Below the pieces are notes generated by a model, which did no database searches, was not told the DNA's origin, and was given only the letters and a program-made list of their open reading frames with translations. The translations under genes and the position numbers were made by a program. From the IMG/VR virus record IMGVR_UViG_3300031775_000001, positions 19,812 through 83,811 of that record: a DNA stretch of 64,000 nt, one strand, 5' to 3'. Positions 1-9,123 of the stretch are shown one piece after another. Each line of letters opens with the position of its first letter. Within the stretch, counting starts at the first letter, position 1. This DNA comes from a virus. Its lineage: Duplodnaviria > Caudoviricetes.

Positions 1-214
1 TCTTTCTCCTCAAGTAACCACTATCTTCAAGAGTCCATGCCCAAGGAACAGAATTTTTTTTCGATTTTAAGGACTCGATATACTCATAGACAAAGTGAAG
101 GGCAACTACATAATCGTCACTCAATTCGCAATATCCCTCATTGTCAAGTTGGTTCATGTGCAGTTTGCAACCCTCGCAAACCTTTCCTAAATGATCTAGG
201 ATGTTTTCTTTCAT
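1..214 (-). CDS. hypothetical protein, runs off window start (MKENILDHLGKVCEGC...)
   Basis: Manual translation; ATG at 214 overlaps the upstream stop (TAATG); not in ORF track. Confidence 0.6.
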   Translation of the reverse strand, partial: MKENILDHLGKVCEGCKLHMNQLDNEGYCELSDDYVVALHFVYEYIESLKSKKNSVPWAWTLEDSGYLRRK

Positions 215-384
215 TATTTGGGGTCGTAGTGGTAATCGTTCTCGTAGTTTTTGAATTGATAACCATATTCATCATAAAAACATTTAACCATCTTAACTGC
301 TTCCATAACGTTCTCGTTGCCATCTCCAAGTGCAGATGACTCTGCCTCGTCCATAACTAAATCCATTGCTTCTTCAAGAGTCAT
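214..384 (-). CDS. small acidic hypothetical protein (MTLEEAMDLVMDE...)
   Basis: Track ORF 214..540 trimmed to ATG 384 so it does not sit inside the upstream gene. Confidence 0.55.
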   Translation of the reverse strand: MTLEEAMDLVMDEAESSALGDGNENVMEAVKMVKCFYDEYGYQFKNYENDYHYDPK

Positions 385-607
385 TATTTGAATCTCCAAA
401 AAGATTGTTCCACTCGTCACGAACATCAATGTCATCCATGTTCTCAAGCCCTTCAAATCCATTAAGAAGTAACTCCATAATATCAGAATGTTGCAAAGTG
501 TCTGCTTCTTGCTCTGCCAAATCTTGACGCATTTCATCAATGGTTATAGGTCGGAGGGGAGAATCGGGATACTCTCCTCGTCTTAGGTGTCTATTAGTTG
601 TTCTCAT
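374..607 (-). CDS. hypothetical protein
   Basis: Co-oriented ORF abutting neighbours. Confidence 0.65.
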   Translation of the reverse strand: MRTTNRHLRRGEYPDSPLRPITIDEMRQDLAEQEADTLQHSDIMELLLNGFEGLENMDDIDVRDEWNNLFGDSNNDS

Positions 608-803
608 TATATAAGTCTCCTTTTCTGTAGTGGGCTATAGCTTCAAGAGTTTCTTGTGCAATTCCTATTGCGGTATGGGCGCTATATTTGTCATCTCCAG
701 TAACCTCTACAATAGTCTCAAGACCATCTTGCAGGATTGCCGAAAGTTTAGCTTCGTTATTAAGTTTTTCTGTGAGAAATTCTATCTCTTTATTTGTGTC
801 CAT
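594..803 (-). CDS. hypothetical protein
   Basis: Co-oriented ORF, overlaps neighbours. Confidence 0.7.
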   Translation of the reverse strand: MDTNKEIEFLTEKLNNEAKLSAILQDGLETIVEVTGDDKYSAHTAIGIAQETLEAIAHYRKGDLYNENN

Positions 804-1099
804 TATAGTGTGTTCCCATGTTCATCATCGCAAATTGTGCTTTCATCTAATGTCCCATCACTTTGATATATAGAATATTTTGTGTGATGTTCTCCCCTTG
901 CTTGAGCCAAAAGGTCTTGGCTCATTTCATTTGGAATGTCCCTGCCTTTTACTTCATCAACATGAGTGATATTGAAATCACAATCCATTAAAGTATCATA
1001 CACATCCAACTCTCTTACTTTTTCTTCTGCCTCTTCTTCAGAATTAGCCTCGACTTCAAAGCTATTGTAAATTTTTACTCCTACTTTATATTTATTCAT
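803..1099 (-). CDS. DpnD/PcfM-like small protein
   Basis: KYKVGV...FEVEANSEEEAEEK motif. Confidence 0.65.
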   Translation of the reverse strand: MNKYKVGVKIYNSFEVEANSEEEAEEKVRELDVYDTLMDCDFNITHVDEVKGRDIPNEMSQDLLAQARGEHHTKYSIYQSDGTLDESTICDDEHGNTL

Positions 1100-1101
1100 A
1101 A

Positions 1102-1428
1102 TTAATTTTTATTAAATCCCCAATTGTCGGAAGGGCGAGGATTATAATTTAAAAATTCTTCCTCATTGAATGGGTTTTCTCTGATTTTATCCACATCCCC
1201 TTTGGTGAACAACTCTGAATTTTCGTTTTGGAATTTACCTAAATCTTCTTTCGTCTTTATCCAATCTACTTCGATTGCATTGAACTCGTCCACTTGAGTG
1301 GATATTTCTCCATACTTCATCATTGTTTCTAAACTTTGATTGTCAAATTTTTCCCTTGCACCCTCTTCGGACTCAGCTTCAATGTAATGTATATTTGACA
1401 TTTTAACTGCCACTTGATATTTTTTCAT
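1102..1428 (-). CDS. DpnD/PcfM-like small protein
   Basis: MKKYQVAV...YIEAESEEGAREK motif. Confidence 0.65.
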   Translation of the reverse strand: MKKYQVAVKMSNIHYIEAESEEGAREKFDNQSLETMMKYGEISTQVDEFNAIEVDWIKTKEDLGKFQNENSELFTKGDVDKIRENPFNEEEFLNYNPRPSDNWGFNKN

Positions 1429-1727
1429 ACGCATTCTCCCCTAATAAATTTACCGAATTCATTGTTATCCATTTGGGAAGTATCAACAGTCTTTTTCGCT
1501 TTCTTTCTTCCAGTAACATCCACGAATAAAGTCTCTCCGGTCTTGGAAGCACCAAATATTACCCCTCCTCCATTACCTTCATAATCGCAACTAGGGAATA
1601 GCGTTCCTCCGCAATCAAGTTCAAGAACTAAAATCGGGGAATTTGGATTTTGATACCAACCTTCTCGATCACATTCTGATTGATTCATATATCTGATCTT
1701 AACTATTTTCTTTCCTATTATTTCCAT
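1425..1727 (-). CDS. hypothetical protein
   Basis: Co-oriented ORF; phage-type IVKIRYM...W...DYEGNGGG pattern. Confidence 0.7.
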   Translation of the reverse strand: MEIIGKKIVKIRYMNQSECDREGWYQNPNSPILVLELDCGGTLFPSCDYEGNGGGVIFGASKTGETLFVDVTGRKKAKKTVDTSQMDNNEFGKFIRGECV

Positions 1728-1743
1728 TTTGAATTTTCCTCTA

Positions 1744-2037
1744 TTATTTTTTCATCATTTTTTCTGCTTCCATAAGAATATCGCACACTTCTCGGATATT
1801 GTCAACCGGAATCTGAAAGAATTTATTATGACTCAACCCATGACTTGTAATCGCAGTAACTCCAACGAAATCACTAAAATCAAAAGCCTTGATACTGAAT
1901 CCGCTCAAGCCACTCCAATCTTTTGAGCTAGACCAAGAGGTTTGTTTCTTAATTTCTTCATTTGTTCTCCCTTTAGACCAAACAACTTCCTTTTCCAACG
2001 ATTTATGTTTATCTGAATTCATTTTATTATCATACAT
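1744..2037 (-). CDS. hypothetical protein
   Basis: Co-oriented ORF. Confidence 0.65.
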   Translation of the reverse strand: MYDNKMNSDKHKSLEKEVVWSKGRTNEEIKKQTSWSSSKDWSGLSGFSIKAFDFSDFVGVTAITSHGLSHNKFFQIPVDNIREVCDILMEAEKMMKK

Positions 2038-2039
2038 AT

Positions 2040-2360
2040 TTATATAACCTCTAATTTGTAATACCCATGAGAAAGCAAAGCATCAGTAGAAAGTTCTTTA
2101 AGACCATTATAGTCTTCATAGATTTCCCTTAGCTTACCTAAGTTCATTCCAATGTAATATGATGCTCCTTCTATACTAGGGTCTTGCCTTCTATTTTGTC
2201 TATCCACCTCAAGGCAATACTCAAGCATTTTTTGGGAATCGACATTCCAAACAAATTTAACTTTGCGATTCCTGTCATCGCTAATTGTTTTTCCACAAGT
2301 ATTTTTTTTAATTATTTCTTCCTTAGAGGTCGAACTATCTATCATTTCTATTCTTTTCAT
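2040..2360 (-). CDS. hypothetical protein
   Basis: Co-oriented ORF. Confidence 0.65.
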   Translation of the reverse strand: MKRIEMIDSSTSKEEIIKKNTCGKTISDDRNRKVKFVWNVDSQKMLEYCLEVDRQNRRQDPSIEGASYYIGMNLGKLREIYEDYNGLKELSTDALLSHGYYKLEVI

Positions 2361-2375
2361 ACTATCACTCTATTA

Positions 2376-2609
2376 TCAGTTCTCGGACTTGTCAAGAATT
2401 TTTGACACCAGATCAAAAGTTTTTGGATTTTCTATCTCCTCCTCTATTATTGAATGGTCAACTTGAAATGATCCCTCTATGTATTCTCCTTCCGGTAATG
2501 AACATTCAGAACTCTCTGCTATCTCAATAGCCTCATCCCACGAATCTGCTTCTACTTCTGCATGACCATACAACTCCCACGAACATGGTACTTTATAATA
2601 ATTTTTCAT
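2376..2609 (-). CDS. DpnD/PcfM-like small protein
   Basis: YYKVP...AEVEADSWDEAIEIA motif. Confidence 0.65.
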   Translation of the reverse strand: MKNYYKVPCSWELYGHAEVEADSWDEAIEIAESSECSLPEGEYIEGSFQVDHSIIEEEIENPKTFDLVSKILDKSEN

Positions 2610-2755
2610 TGATCTTCTTTAAATAATTTAATGGTTATTTGTACATACTCGTTTTCTTCGGCAGGAAAAACCCACTCAAACGACTTGTCCTCATGGAGCA
2701 TTGCTTGAAGCTCTTGCTCATCAAAGGGAACTGTAATGGTGTAATCTTCGCTCAT
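2606..2755 (-). CDS. 49-aa hypothetical protein (MSEDYTITVPFDEQEL...)
   Basis: Manual translation; ATGA overlap with the next gene; below track length cutoff. Confidence 0.6.
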   Translation of the reverse strand: MSEDYTITVPFDEQELQAMLHEDKSFEWVFPAEENEYVQITIKLFKEDQ

Positions 2756-2764
2756 TGTTATTAT

Positions 2765-2938
2765 TTACCTTCTAATTAAATCGTTTTTGTAATCTAATAC
2801 AATCTCAAACGCTTCCTTGAGTTTGTCAAGATAAGGGCTTTCGCACTTCCCTTCCGTATGATGCCAATTATCAAAATATTCATCAATATCTATTTCGACT
2901 CTCTGCAACACAATATCAAATGCTTCTTTGGTAGTCAT
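2765..2938 (-). CDS. 57-aa hypothetical protein (MTTKEAFDIVLQ...)
   Basis: Manual translation; fills the gap between neighbours. Confidence 0.6.
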   Translation of the reverse strand: MTTKEAFDIVLQRVEIDIDEYFDNWHHTEGKCESPYLDKLKEAFEIVLDYKNDLIRR

Positions 2939-2941
2939 TAT

Positions 2942-3244
2942 TTATTCCTCGTACATATAAATTGGCGTATATTCACCTACATAAGCACCTGCAATATTGA
3001 AATCAAAAAATTCATAAGCCTCCTCGTAGGTCATGCCATCTCTTTGCATAAGAGTCCCAATAATTGCATCGACAAAGTAGATTGCCCTGCCTTGAGTGTC
3101 GTAACCCGCTAAAGCGTCATCGTGACCATCGACTAGCATTGCCATCTCATTGGATGCTACAATAGAATCCTTGAGTTCTTCAAGGCGTTTCTTTCGTCTA
3201 GCCATTATTTCTTGGTAAACATCTTCTCTTTTTTCTTCAATCAT
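2942..3244 (-). CDS. conserved phage hypothetical protein
   Basis: DGHDDALAG...DGMTYEEAYEFFDFNIAGAYVGEYTP pattern common in aquatic phages. Confidence 0.7.
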   Translation of the reverse strand: MIEEKREDVYQEIMARRKKRLEELKDSIVASNEMAMLVDGHDDALAGYDTQGRAIYFVDAIIGTLMQRDGMTYEEAYEFFDFNIAGAYVGEYTPIYMYEE

Positions 3245-3468
3245 AATATTTCCTTACATTCTTCTACTGATTGTGTGGCACTCCAAAGGTCGCCTTTATA
3301 CGAGTAAAGATGGTCGTCCACTCCGCTTACAGGATAAAACAATCTATCGCCACCATTTTCAGCAAGCATTCTTTTCGCTATGTAATACGCTTGAGCCTCA
3401 TCTTCTGCTTGAACTTGAATAGTTCCACGAAGTTTCTCTACGATTTCCATTTGAAATTTTTTAATCAT
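3241..3468 (-). CDS. DpnD/PcfM-like small protein
   Basis: KKFQMEIVEKLRGTIQVQAEDEAQA. Confidence 0.65.
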   Translation of the reverse strand: MIKKFQMEIVEKLRGTIQVQAEDEAQAYYIAKRMLAENGGDRLFYPVSGVDDHLYSYKGDLWSATQSVEECKEIL

Positions 3469-3697
3469 TTAATTTCCCACAATATACTACCGCTCTGTCT
3501 CCATGCTTCTGGTTGCCATGATATTTGGCTAAACTTTCGTAGGAAGCCTCCGCATTCCATTCGGGGTAGAAAAGTTTATCACAACCATATTCATTAAGCA
3601 ATTCTGCCCCAATCTCTTCCGCTTTTTCAGCACTCTCTGCTTCAATATCAATGCAACCTGCGATTTCCTCGTATAATCCGACTCTGTATTTTTTCAT
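3461..3697 (-). CDS. DpnD/PcfM-like small protein
   Basis: KKYRVGLYEEIAGCIDIEAESAEKA. Confidence 0.65.
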   Translation of the reverse strand: MKKYRVGLYEEIAGCIDIEAESAEKAEEIGAELLNEYGCDKLFYPEWNAEASYESLAKYHGNQKHGDRAVVYCGKLND

Positions 3698-3966
3698 GTT
3701 ATTTCCTCTATAAAATCTAAAACTTTTTTGTACTTCCTATGCACCAATCTTAACTTAACTTCCTTCGCTTTGTCAAGGTTTTTCGTCTTGTAATAAACAG
3801 ATTGTGACGAGGGAAGATGTGGGTTCATTAATATTTGATAATATTTTTGCCCATTTTTCATCCCATATTTAGAGTAGGGGATCAATTCTTTTTTGCGATT
3901 GGGGAGAAGTAGTGCATAACTGCCCCCTTTTAATTTGTTCCACCCGACTTTTAATTCAGCATTCAT
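3694..3966 (-). CDS. basic hypothetical protein
   Basis: Co-oriented ORF. Confidence 0.65.
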   Translation of the reverse strand: MNAELKVGWNKLKGGSYALLLPNRKKELIPYSKYGMKNGQKYYQILMNPHLPSSQSVYYKTKNLDKAKEVKLRLVHRKYKKVLDFIEEIT

Positions 3967-4015
3967 TATCCCAACATATTAGAGGGATCATGGCAACTCG
4001 TCAAGTATTTATTTA

Positions 4016-4291
4016 TTAAAAATCATTTTGTATTTCTTCCACGTAATTACGTAACCAAGATAAAAATTTCTTCAAATCATAACAGAATCTTTTAGCATCA
4101 TTCCTTTTAAGCCAGAATTCCGTCTGAGATAAAAGAGAAGCCATTTTCTCTTGAATCATTGATAATTCCTCTTCATTGAAGAATCCAGAACATAAATCCG
4201 ATTCCACAATAGCACTAAGACTCTTAATGTCTTTATCTATTTCCGGTTCATATTTGACCCAATCCTCAAGGTCTTCATCTCTTGCGTCCAT
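4016..4291 (-). CDS. hypothetical protein
   Basis: Co-oriented ORF. Confidence 0.65.
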   Translation of the reverse strand: MDARDEDLEDWVKYEPEIDKDIKSLSAIVESDLCSGFFNEEELSMIQEKMASLLSQTEFWLKRNDAKRFCYDLKKFLSWLRNYVEEIQNDF

Positions 4292-4404
4292 TCTAGTCCC
4301 TGTTGCTACAAATGATTCTTTCTACAATATCTAAGAAATATTTATTTAACTCCGTTTCTAATTCATTTAAGATTAAGTCTGTAGAATCTTCAGAGAGAGA
4401 ATAT

Positions 4405-4629
4405 TTATTCAAAACTTTTAGTATTATTTCCTTCATTGATTTTTTTTAGAACATTATTAGCTTCCTCTATAGCCTTCTTGTAATCTTTTTGATTCATAAA
4501 AAATAAAATAGAATCATACATCGTTACTAATTCCTCATTCAAATCTTCTTCCATAATAAAATCTGGCGAACCTACAGTCTTTATTATTTGCTGAGAAAGG
4601 TCAAGCAATTTCTTTTCTTCATCCTCCAT
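4405..4629 (-). CDS. hypothetical protein
   Basis: Co-oriented ORF. Confidence 0.65.
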   Translation of the reverse strand: MEDEEKKLLDLSQQIIKTVGSPDFIMEEDLNEELVTMYDSILFFMNQKDYKKAIEEANNVLKKINEGNNTKSFE

Positions 4630-4679
4630 ATTTGTTTATTCTTTCGTTCTATTTGTTTTCGTTGTCCATCTGGTCTTGA

Positions 4680-4892
4680 CTATTTTTTGCCGACTATTTT
4701 CATTTCAACCGGCTGATATACTATCATTTCATCAACAGGATCATTAAACTCATCACCAAGTTCCCATACTCTGATTGACATAGTATCAGTTGAATTATTA
4801 ATTTTTACCGAAAGATTGCCGACTGTAATCCATGCGTGTTTGCCCGATAGGATAAAGTCCTCCCCATCACTCCCATGAGGTTTAATATTCAT
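4680..4892 (-). CDS. hypothetical protein
   Basis: Co-oriented ORF. Confidence 0.65.
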   Translation of the reverse strand: MNIKPHGSDGEDFILSGKHAWITVGNLSVKINNSTDTMSIRVWELGDEFNDPVDEMIVYQPVEMKIVGKK

Positions 4893-5217
4893 TATTATTT
4901 GCCTCTATTTCTTCTGCAATTAATTCTATTGCTTCTTCGAGTTTTTTCCACTCAAGCCTTCTATCTATTATTAAATCTTGAATGCGAGCATTCTTGGGGA
5001 CGATTGCTTGTTGTAAATGACCAATCAAGGATATTGACTTAATAAGCCCTTGTTGATAACCTTCTTGCCAATCGGGAGTATTTGCACGAATACTCTTTGG
5101 GTTTATTACGCCTAATTCTTCTGCTCCGTATTTCTTATTTTCATTTGTGTATATTTGTGCTTGTCGTTCATTGCGAACCCCATCCTCATAACCTGCATTG
5201 TAGTCACTTCCACTCAT
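4882..5217 (-). CDS. hypothetical protein
   Basis: Co-oriented ORF; Y..GY..G repeats. Confidence 0.65.
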   Translation of the reverse strand: MSGSDYNAGYEDGVRNERQAQIYTNENKKYGAEELGVINPKSIRANTPDWQEGYQQGLIKSISLIGHLQQAIVPKNARIQDLIIDRRLEWKKLEEAIELIAEEIEANNNEY

Positions 5218-5495
5218 GTTATTTGTTCCTTCTCTATGATAAATTTATTTAAAGTTCCTTCTTCTATATGTAATTCGGATTCTATCATGGGAATTAAGGT
5301 TTCCCCTATTTCTATTTGATTGTCAACGCAAGACAGGGACTCAAGTAATGATACTAGACTTTTCCCTGTATTAGTCCTACTCTCTTGCCCACTAAGAAAT
5401 AAATTATCAGCAGTTACAAGCATAAGATCATCAAGTTTAATAATGATTGCATTTACTGCATCTGAACTACCTCTTATTCCTAGTTTAACCTTCAT
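5214..5495 (-). CDS. hypothetical protein
   Basis: Co-oriented ORF. Confidence 0.65.
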   Translation of the reverse strand: MKVKLGIRGSSDAVNAIIIKLDDLMLVTADNLFLSGQESRTNTGKSLVSLLESLSCVDNQIEIGETLIPMIESELHIEEGTLNKFIIEKEQIT

Positions 5496-5763
5496 GGCAC
5501 TTTTCGTTTTCTATAACCTCTTTAATATAATCTGTATCATAAGTGTTATAAATATATTCTTCCATTACTTGAGAACACTCCGAAAGCCTTTCCGGTATGC
5601 AAACCCATTCGTCTTCATAAGACTCTATAAAATCTTCGCGTTTCCAATTCTTTCTTATTGAACATAATTCTTCTACTAATTCTCCATGCGTTTTCATAAT
5701 TCTATATGGGTTATTTAAAGTTTGTCTGATTATTCCTGCTATTGTACTCATAATTAATTCCAA
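5485..5763 (-). CDS. hypothetical protein
   Basis: Co-oriented ORF. Confidence 0.6.
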   Translation of the reverse strand: MELIMSTIAGIIRQTLNNPYRIMKTHGELVEELCSIRKNWKREDFIESYEDEWVCIPERLSECSQVMEEYIYNTYDTDYIKEVIENEKCHEG

Positions 5764-6053
5764 TCAAAATCTATCGAATAAGCAAATGCCATTCTATCTT
5801 TCCAAGGTTCTCCATATTTATCTTCTTTAGTAGGATCGGTAATCCTTACTATAATACCCATACCTTCATACAATTCCTCACCATCGGTAGAGAATATGCA
5901 GTCTATATTTAGAGTGTCTGTTTGGAATACATGAACATCCTCTTTGTAATCAAGAAAATGAACAGGCACTCCCAAGTCATCTGCCACTAAATCATTTCTG
6001 ATAGTTAAGTGACTGCCATCATGCTCTAAGGTCTCTGTGTTTACCGCTCTCAT
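5754..6053 (-). CDS. hypothetical protein
   Basis: Co-oriented ORF. Confidence 0.65.
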   Translation of the reverse strand: MRAVNTETLEHDGSHLTIRNDLVADDLGVPVHFLDYKEDVHVFQTDTLNIDCIFSTDGEELYEGMGIIVRITDPTKEDKYGEPWKDRMAFAYSIDFDWN

Positions 6054-6214
6054 TTCTTTTTCTTTTTTTTGTTATTCTTACAATACTGAAGGAAAGTCAT
6101 CTTTTTGTCAAGTCCTAATCGCACCCATTCTTTATACAAATTCATTCTTTGAGACCGGTGCTTGCCTGTACCCTTTGAAAACTCTCTTGATGTCTTATTG
6201 TCAAACCCTCCCAT
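6050..6214 (-). CDS. small basic hypothetical protein
   Basis: Track ORF trimmed to MGGFDN start to avoid overlap. Confidence 0.55.
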   Translation of the reverse strand: MGGFDNKTSREFSKGTGKHRSQRMNLYKEWVRLGLDKKMTFLQYCKNNKKKKKK

Positions 6215-6219
6215 ATCGT

Positions 6220-6402
6220 TTACTCCTGTTCCCCCCAAGACTCTACCCAAGGAGGATTGTCGGGGTCATATTCCATGCTACCCTCATAGTCTCCTATGTT
6301 ATTTTCAGCAATCTTTAATGCCTCATCTTCGCTTTCAGCTTTAATGAGTTCTGTACCTGTTGCATGGTAGTTTTTGACCCATGCTATCTCGTATGTTTTC
6401 AT
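6220..6402 (-). CDS. DpnD/PcfM-like small protein
   Basis: KTYEIAW...ELIKAESEDEALKIA. Confidence 0.65.
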   Translation of the reverse strand: MKTYEIAWVKNYHATGTELIKAESEDEALKIAENNIGDYEGSMEYDPDNPPWVESWGEQE

Positions 6403-6423
6403 GTATTCACTATATGCGAATAG

Positions 6424-6693
6424 TTATTTGATGTCAAGAACTAATTCTGGATAAATCGCTTTAATGAAATCTTCAGAGGCAAACCAACCATCGGGTACAT
6501 AGAAATCTTTATTTGATTGTTTTTTCATTGCAATATACTTTTCCCACAATCTGGGATTCGATACTCTACAATCTAATTCGACCAAGTGTTTGGCGTTAGG
6601 GAATTCTAGGTCTTCTTCTGTATCACTCATGCCACTAAAGGGAACTCCTATCTCTTTAAATAGTTCGTATTTGGCATCTAATGGTTCACTCAC
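6424..6693 (-). CDS. hypothetical protein
   Basis: Co-oriented ORF. Confidence 0.65.
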   Translation of the reverse strand: MSEPLDAKYELFKEIGVPFSGMSDTEEDLEFPNAKHLVELDCRVSNPRLWEKYIAMKKQSNKDFYVPDGWFASEDFIKAIYPELVLDIK

Positions 6694-6785
6694 TTAAATG
6701 AGGTGAAGAGTATTGCACAAAATAATATTACCAATACAATTCCCATCCCTACGCTATTTGCTATAAGTATATCCGAAAAACTCAT
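6690..6785 (-). CDS. 31-aa single-TM peptide (MSFSDILIANSVGMGIVLVILFCAILFTSFK)
   Basis: Manual translation; hydrophobic; fills the gap. Confidence 0.5.
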   Translation of the reverse strand: MSFSDILIANSVGMGIVLVILFCAILFTSFK

Positions 6786-6794
6786 ATTACAAAT

Positions 6795-7010
6795 TTAAGT
6801 TTTCTTTCTTTTCTTAGATGTCTTTTTGGAATCTTGCTTCCAGTCAGCCTCCACCCAATCTTCGCCCTTTTTTTGAGACGCATAGAAACGATTCAAGACC
6901 CCGGCATCTTCATAAGTGATATATTTAGAACTTAAAACTTTTTTAGTTTTATGATCTATTAGGTTGTACCTAGATACATTTTTATTCCAAACTTCTTTGT
7001 TAAACATCAT
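6795..7010 (-). CDS. hypothetical protein
   Basis: Co-oriented ORF. Confidence 0.65.
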   Translation of the reverse strand: MMFNKEVWNKNVSRYNLIDHKTKKVLSSKYITYEDAGVLNRFYASQKKGEDWVEADWKQDSKKTSKKRKKT

Positions 7011-7021
7011 ATATTTAATTT

Positions 7022-7597
7022 TTAGATCGAGTAATCATAATTGTCGTGATGCTCCATCAATTCTTTAATTTTATTTCTTGCTTTATACCAAATCTCTTTA
7101 GAGTCATCTTTAATTTGAGCTAGACCATAATCATGCCATACTTTGCATATCTTGTCAATATTTTTATCATTGGCGTAAACAACGAAGTGATTCCAATTCT
7201 TTTCTCCGTCTATTACTTCTTGTTCAATCCATTCGGCAGGATACCCTTCTGAGAAATACAACACGGCATTATCTTCCGCAAACTTTCTAGCGAGAGACAC
7301 GAAACTATCTTCTATATCATGTGACTCGTAGAGGTCGGCATCTTCATGCCAAGACTCATAAACGCTAATGGTGAATTTAAAAGTATCTTTGATAGCAACT
7401 GCTTCTCGTTGCCACTTCGCTAATTCTTCGTCACCATGCTCCATCATCTCAACGCTATGATCGTTGCCGTACCGCTTCATTTGCTTTGTGACAGGACTCG
7501 CATAGATAATCTTTTGAAACTCTCTAAGGAGTTGCTCGTTAGACTTTGTAGTCTCTGGTGTCCTTCTAAAACTTACTGATAATCCTTCTCCGCTCAT
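7022..7597 (-). CDS. hypothetical protein (191 aa)
   Basis: Long co-oriented ORF. Confidence 0.75.
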   Translation of the reverse strand: MSGEGLSVSFRRTPETTKSNEQLLREFQKIIYASPVTKQMKRYGNDHSVEMMEHGDEELAKWQREAVAIKDTFKFTISVYESWHEDADLYESHDIEDSFVSLARKFAEDNAVLYFSEGYPAEWIEQEVIDGEKNWNHFVVYANDKNIDKICKVWHDYGLAQIKDDSKEIWYKARNKIKELMEHHDNYDYSI

Positions 7598-7839
7598 TAT
7601 TTTAACCCCACTTCTATTTTTGATTCTATTTTCTTTTTGGTTATTAAATGCAAGTAGTCCACATACCTTATATTTAGTGCTTTAGCTTGAGCTTTTAGAT
7701 ACTCTTCGTTCTCGATGGCTCTCTCGGCGGTAATCGGGCAATCATCTCCCATCATAGGGTAGTTATGAAGCGTGTCAACACTTTTATTTGACGAACATCC
7801 TACCCCAAAGGTCATAACTGTAAAAAGTATTTTGTTCAT
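7597..7839 (-). CDS. putative lipoprotein
   Basis: MNKILFTVMTFGVGC signal peptide with lipobox-like Cys. Confidence 0.55.
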   Translation of the reverse strand: MNKILFTVMTFGVGCSSNKSVDTLHNYPMMGDDCPITAERAIENEEYLKAQAKALNIRYVDYLHLITKKKIESKIEVGLK

Positions 7840-8072
7840 TTAGCGCTCTCCCAAGTTTCTTTGAGGGTAGCCTTGCGATAGTCTTGAGAACTCATATCTA
7901 AATCCCCAAGAATATCTGCCCCTCCTCTCTCCTCTAAAATTTCTCTTGCTTCTTCTTCCGTATCCGCATCTATCTGATAAACATAAGTCGCAGGAACGCT
8001 AAAAATATAACTGTTCTTTTTGCTTAAATCCCAATCGTAATCCATATTGTAATACATCTCGCAATCAGTCAT
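7836..8072 (-). CDS. DpnD/PcfM-like small protein, close paralog of 12540..12722
   Basis: YIFSVPATYVYQIDADTEEEAREILEERGG. Confidence 0.65.
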   Translation of the reverse strand: MTDCEMYYNMDYDWDLSKKNSYIFSVPATYVYQIDADTEEEAREILEERGGADILGDLDMSSQDYRKATLKETWESAK

Positions 8073-8241
8073 TCTTTATTCTTTCTCCTAATTTAATAAG
8101 CATTTCTTCCACATCTGTCATGGTATCTCTAAAATGACGAGAGCGATATTCCGAAGGCGTGTCTTGGTCTGCCTGTTCAAAAAGATCATGCAAAAGATTG
8201 ACAACCTTATCGAATGTTTTCTTTTTTATTTTTTTATTCAT
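8065..8241 (-). CDS. 58-aa hypothetical protein (MNKKNKKKTFDKVV...)
   Basis: Manual translation; directly downstream of a sigma70 promoter. Confidence 0.6.
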   Translation of the reverse strand: MNKKIKKKTFDKVVNLLHDLFEQADQDTPSEYRSRHFRDTMTDVEEMLIKLGERIKND

Positions 8242-8250
8242 AATGCCATA

Positions 8251-8279
8251 ACATTAAAACCTTTCCCCGGAATTGTCAA
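8251..8279 (-). promoter_or_regulatory. sigma70-type promoter
   Basis: TTGACA-17-TAATGT, 9 nt before the ATG at 8241. Confidence 0.6.
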
Positions 8280-8297
8280 GGCTTTTTTTTGTTTTAA

Positions 8298-8654
8298 TTA
8301 AAAAGGCGTATATCCATCGTCATCAATCTTCCACATTTCCTCTCTAGCTTTTTTATTTTCATTACAATATTTGGCAAAACCTTTAGATTGAGCTTTCGTC
8401 ATTAAATCTTCTACATCTTTACGGGAGAACCATCTACCAACATCATCCTCTTTAGTTAAAGCAAAGAAATTATCATTATCACCAATAATTGCAACCTCGT
8501 AAGTATCATCTTCGATTTTGCCTCCAAAGTCATTAGTACCCCCTTCTTGGCGTGAAATGACGGATATTGTACGATTTCTGCCTAGACTAAGTTTTGCCAC
8601 AAACCCTTCTTTGCGACTATCGAGGGAAAACTTTAAGTCTTCAAATTTTTTCAT
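8298..8654 (-). CDS. hypothetical protein (MKKFEDLKF...)
   Basis: Start trimmed from 8723; GYEVAI-like phage motif YEVAII. Confidence 0.65.
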   Translation of the reverse strand: MKKFEDLKFSLDSRKEGFVAKLSLGRNRTISVISRQEGGTNDFGGKIEDDTYEVAIIGDNDNFFALTKEDDVGRWFSRKDVEDLMTKAQSKGFAKYCNENKKAREEMWKIDDDGYTPF

Positions 8655-9063
8655 TTTCAGAATCCGGAAATACTCGTCCCCCAAACAAACAATATTGAAG
8701 CAATATATTTGCATCCTCTTCATTCCACTTATTTAAGACAAATTTAAAATATCTTTTAAAGTCTTTTGATTTTAATTGTTTTAACCCATCTATAAACAAT
8801 CCAAGGGTTAAAATCCAAGGGTTTTTTAAAGAACCTGTAGCTCCGAATCTGTTTTTATATGTTTTTTTTCCGTATATTAAATACCCCGGAACTGTAGTTG
8901 AATCGTCATGGAAAAGAATTTCCTCCATCGGAACATCTTTTCTTGACCCATTAGTCTTGTAGTCTTTAATCCAATCTAAATTAGCCTCCATCAAGGCAAC
9001 CGCAAGAATTTCTGAAAGATTCCCTCTCTGGAAGGAACAATCTCCTAAATCAAATTTTTCCAT
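8641..9063 (-). CDS. hypothetical protein
   Basis: Co-oriented ORF; D...ADxILQYCLFG-like C-terminal motif. Confidence 0.7.
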   Translation of the reverse strand: MEKFDLGDCSFQRGNLSEILAVALMEANLDWIKDYKTNGSRKDVPMEEILFHDDSTTVPGYLIYGKKTYKNRFGATGSLKNPWILTLGLFIDGLKQLKSKDFKRYFKFVLNKWNEEDANILLQYCLFGGRVFPDSENEKI

Positions 9064-9123
9064 ATTTTATATCCTTAATATCTATACAGTAAGCCCAAGA
9101 AACTTAAATGTCAAGAAAAAACT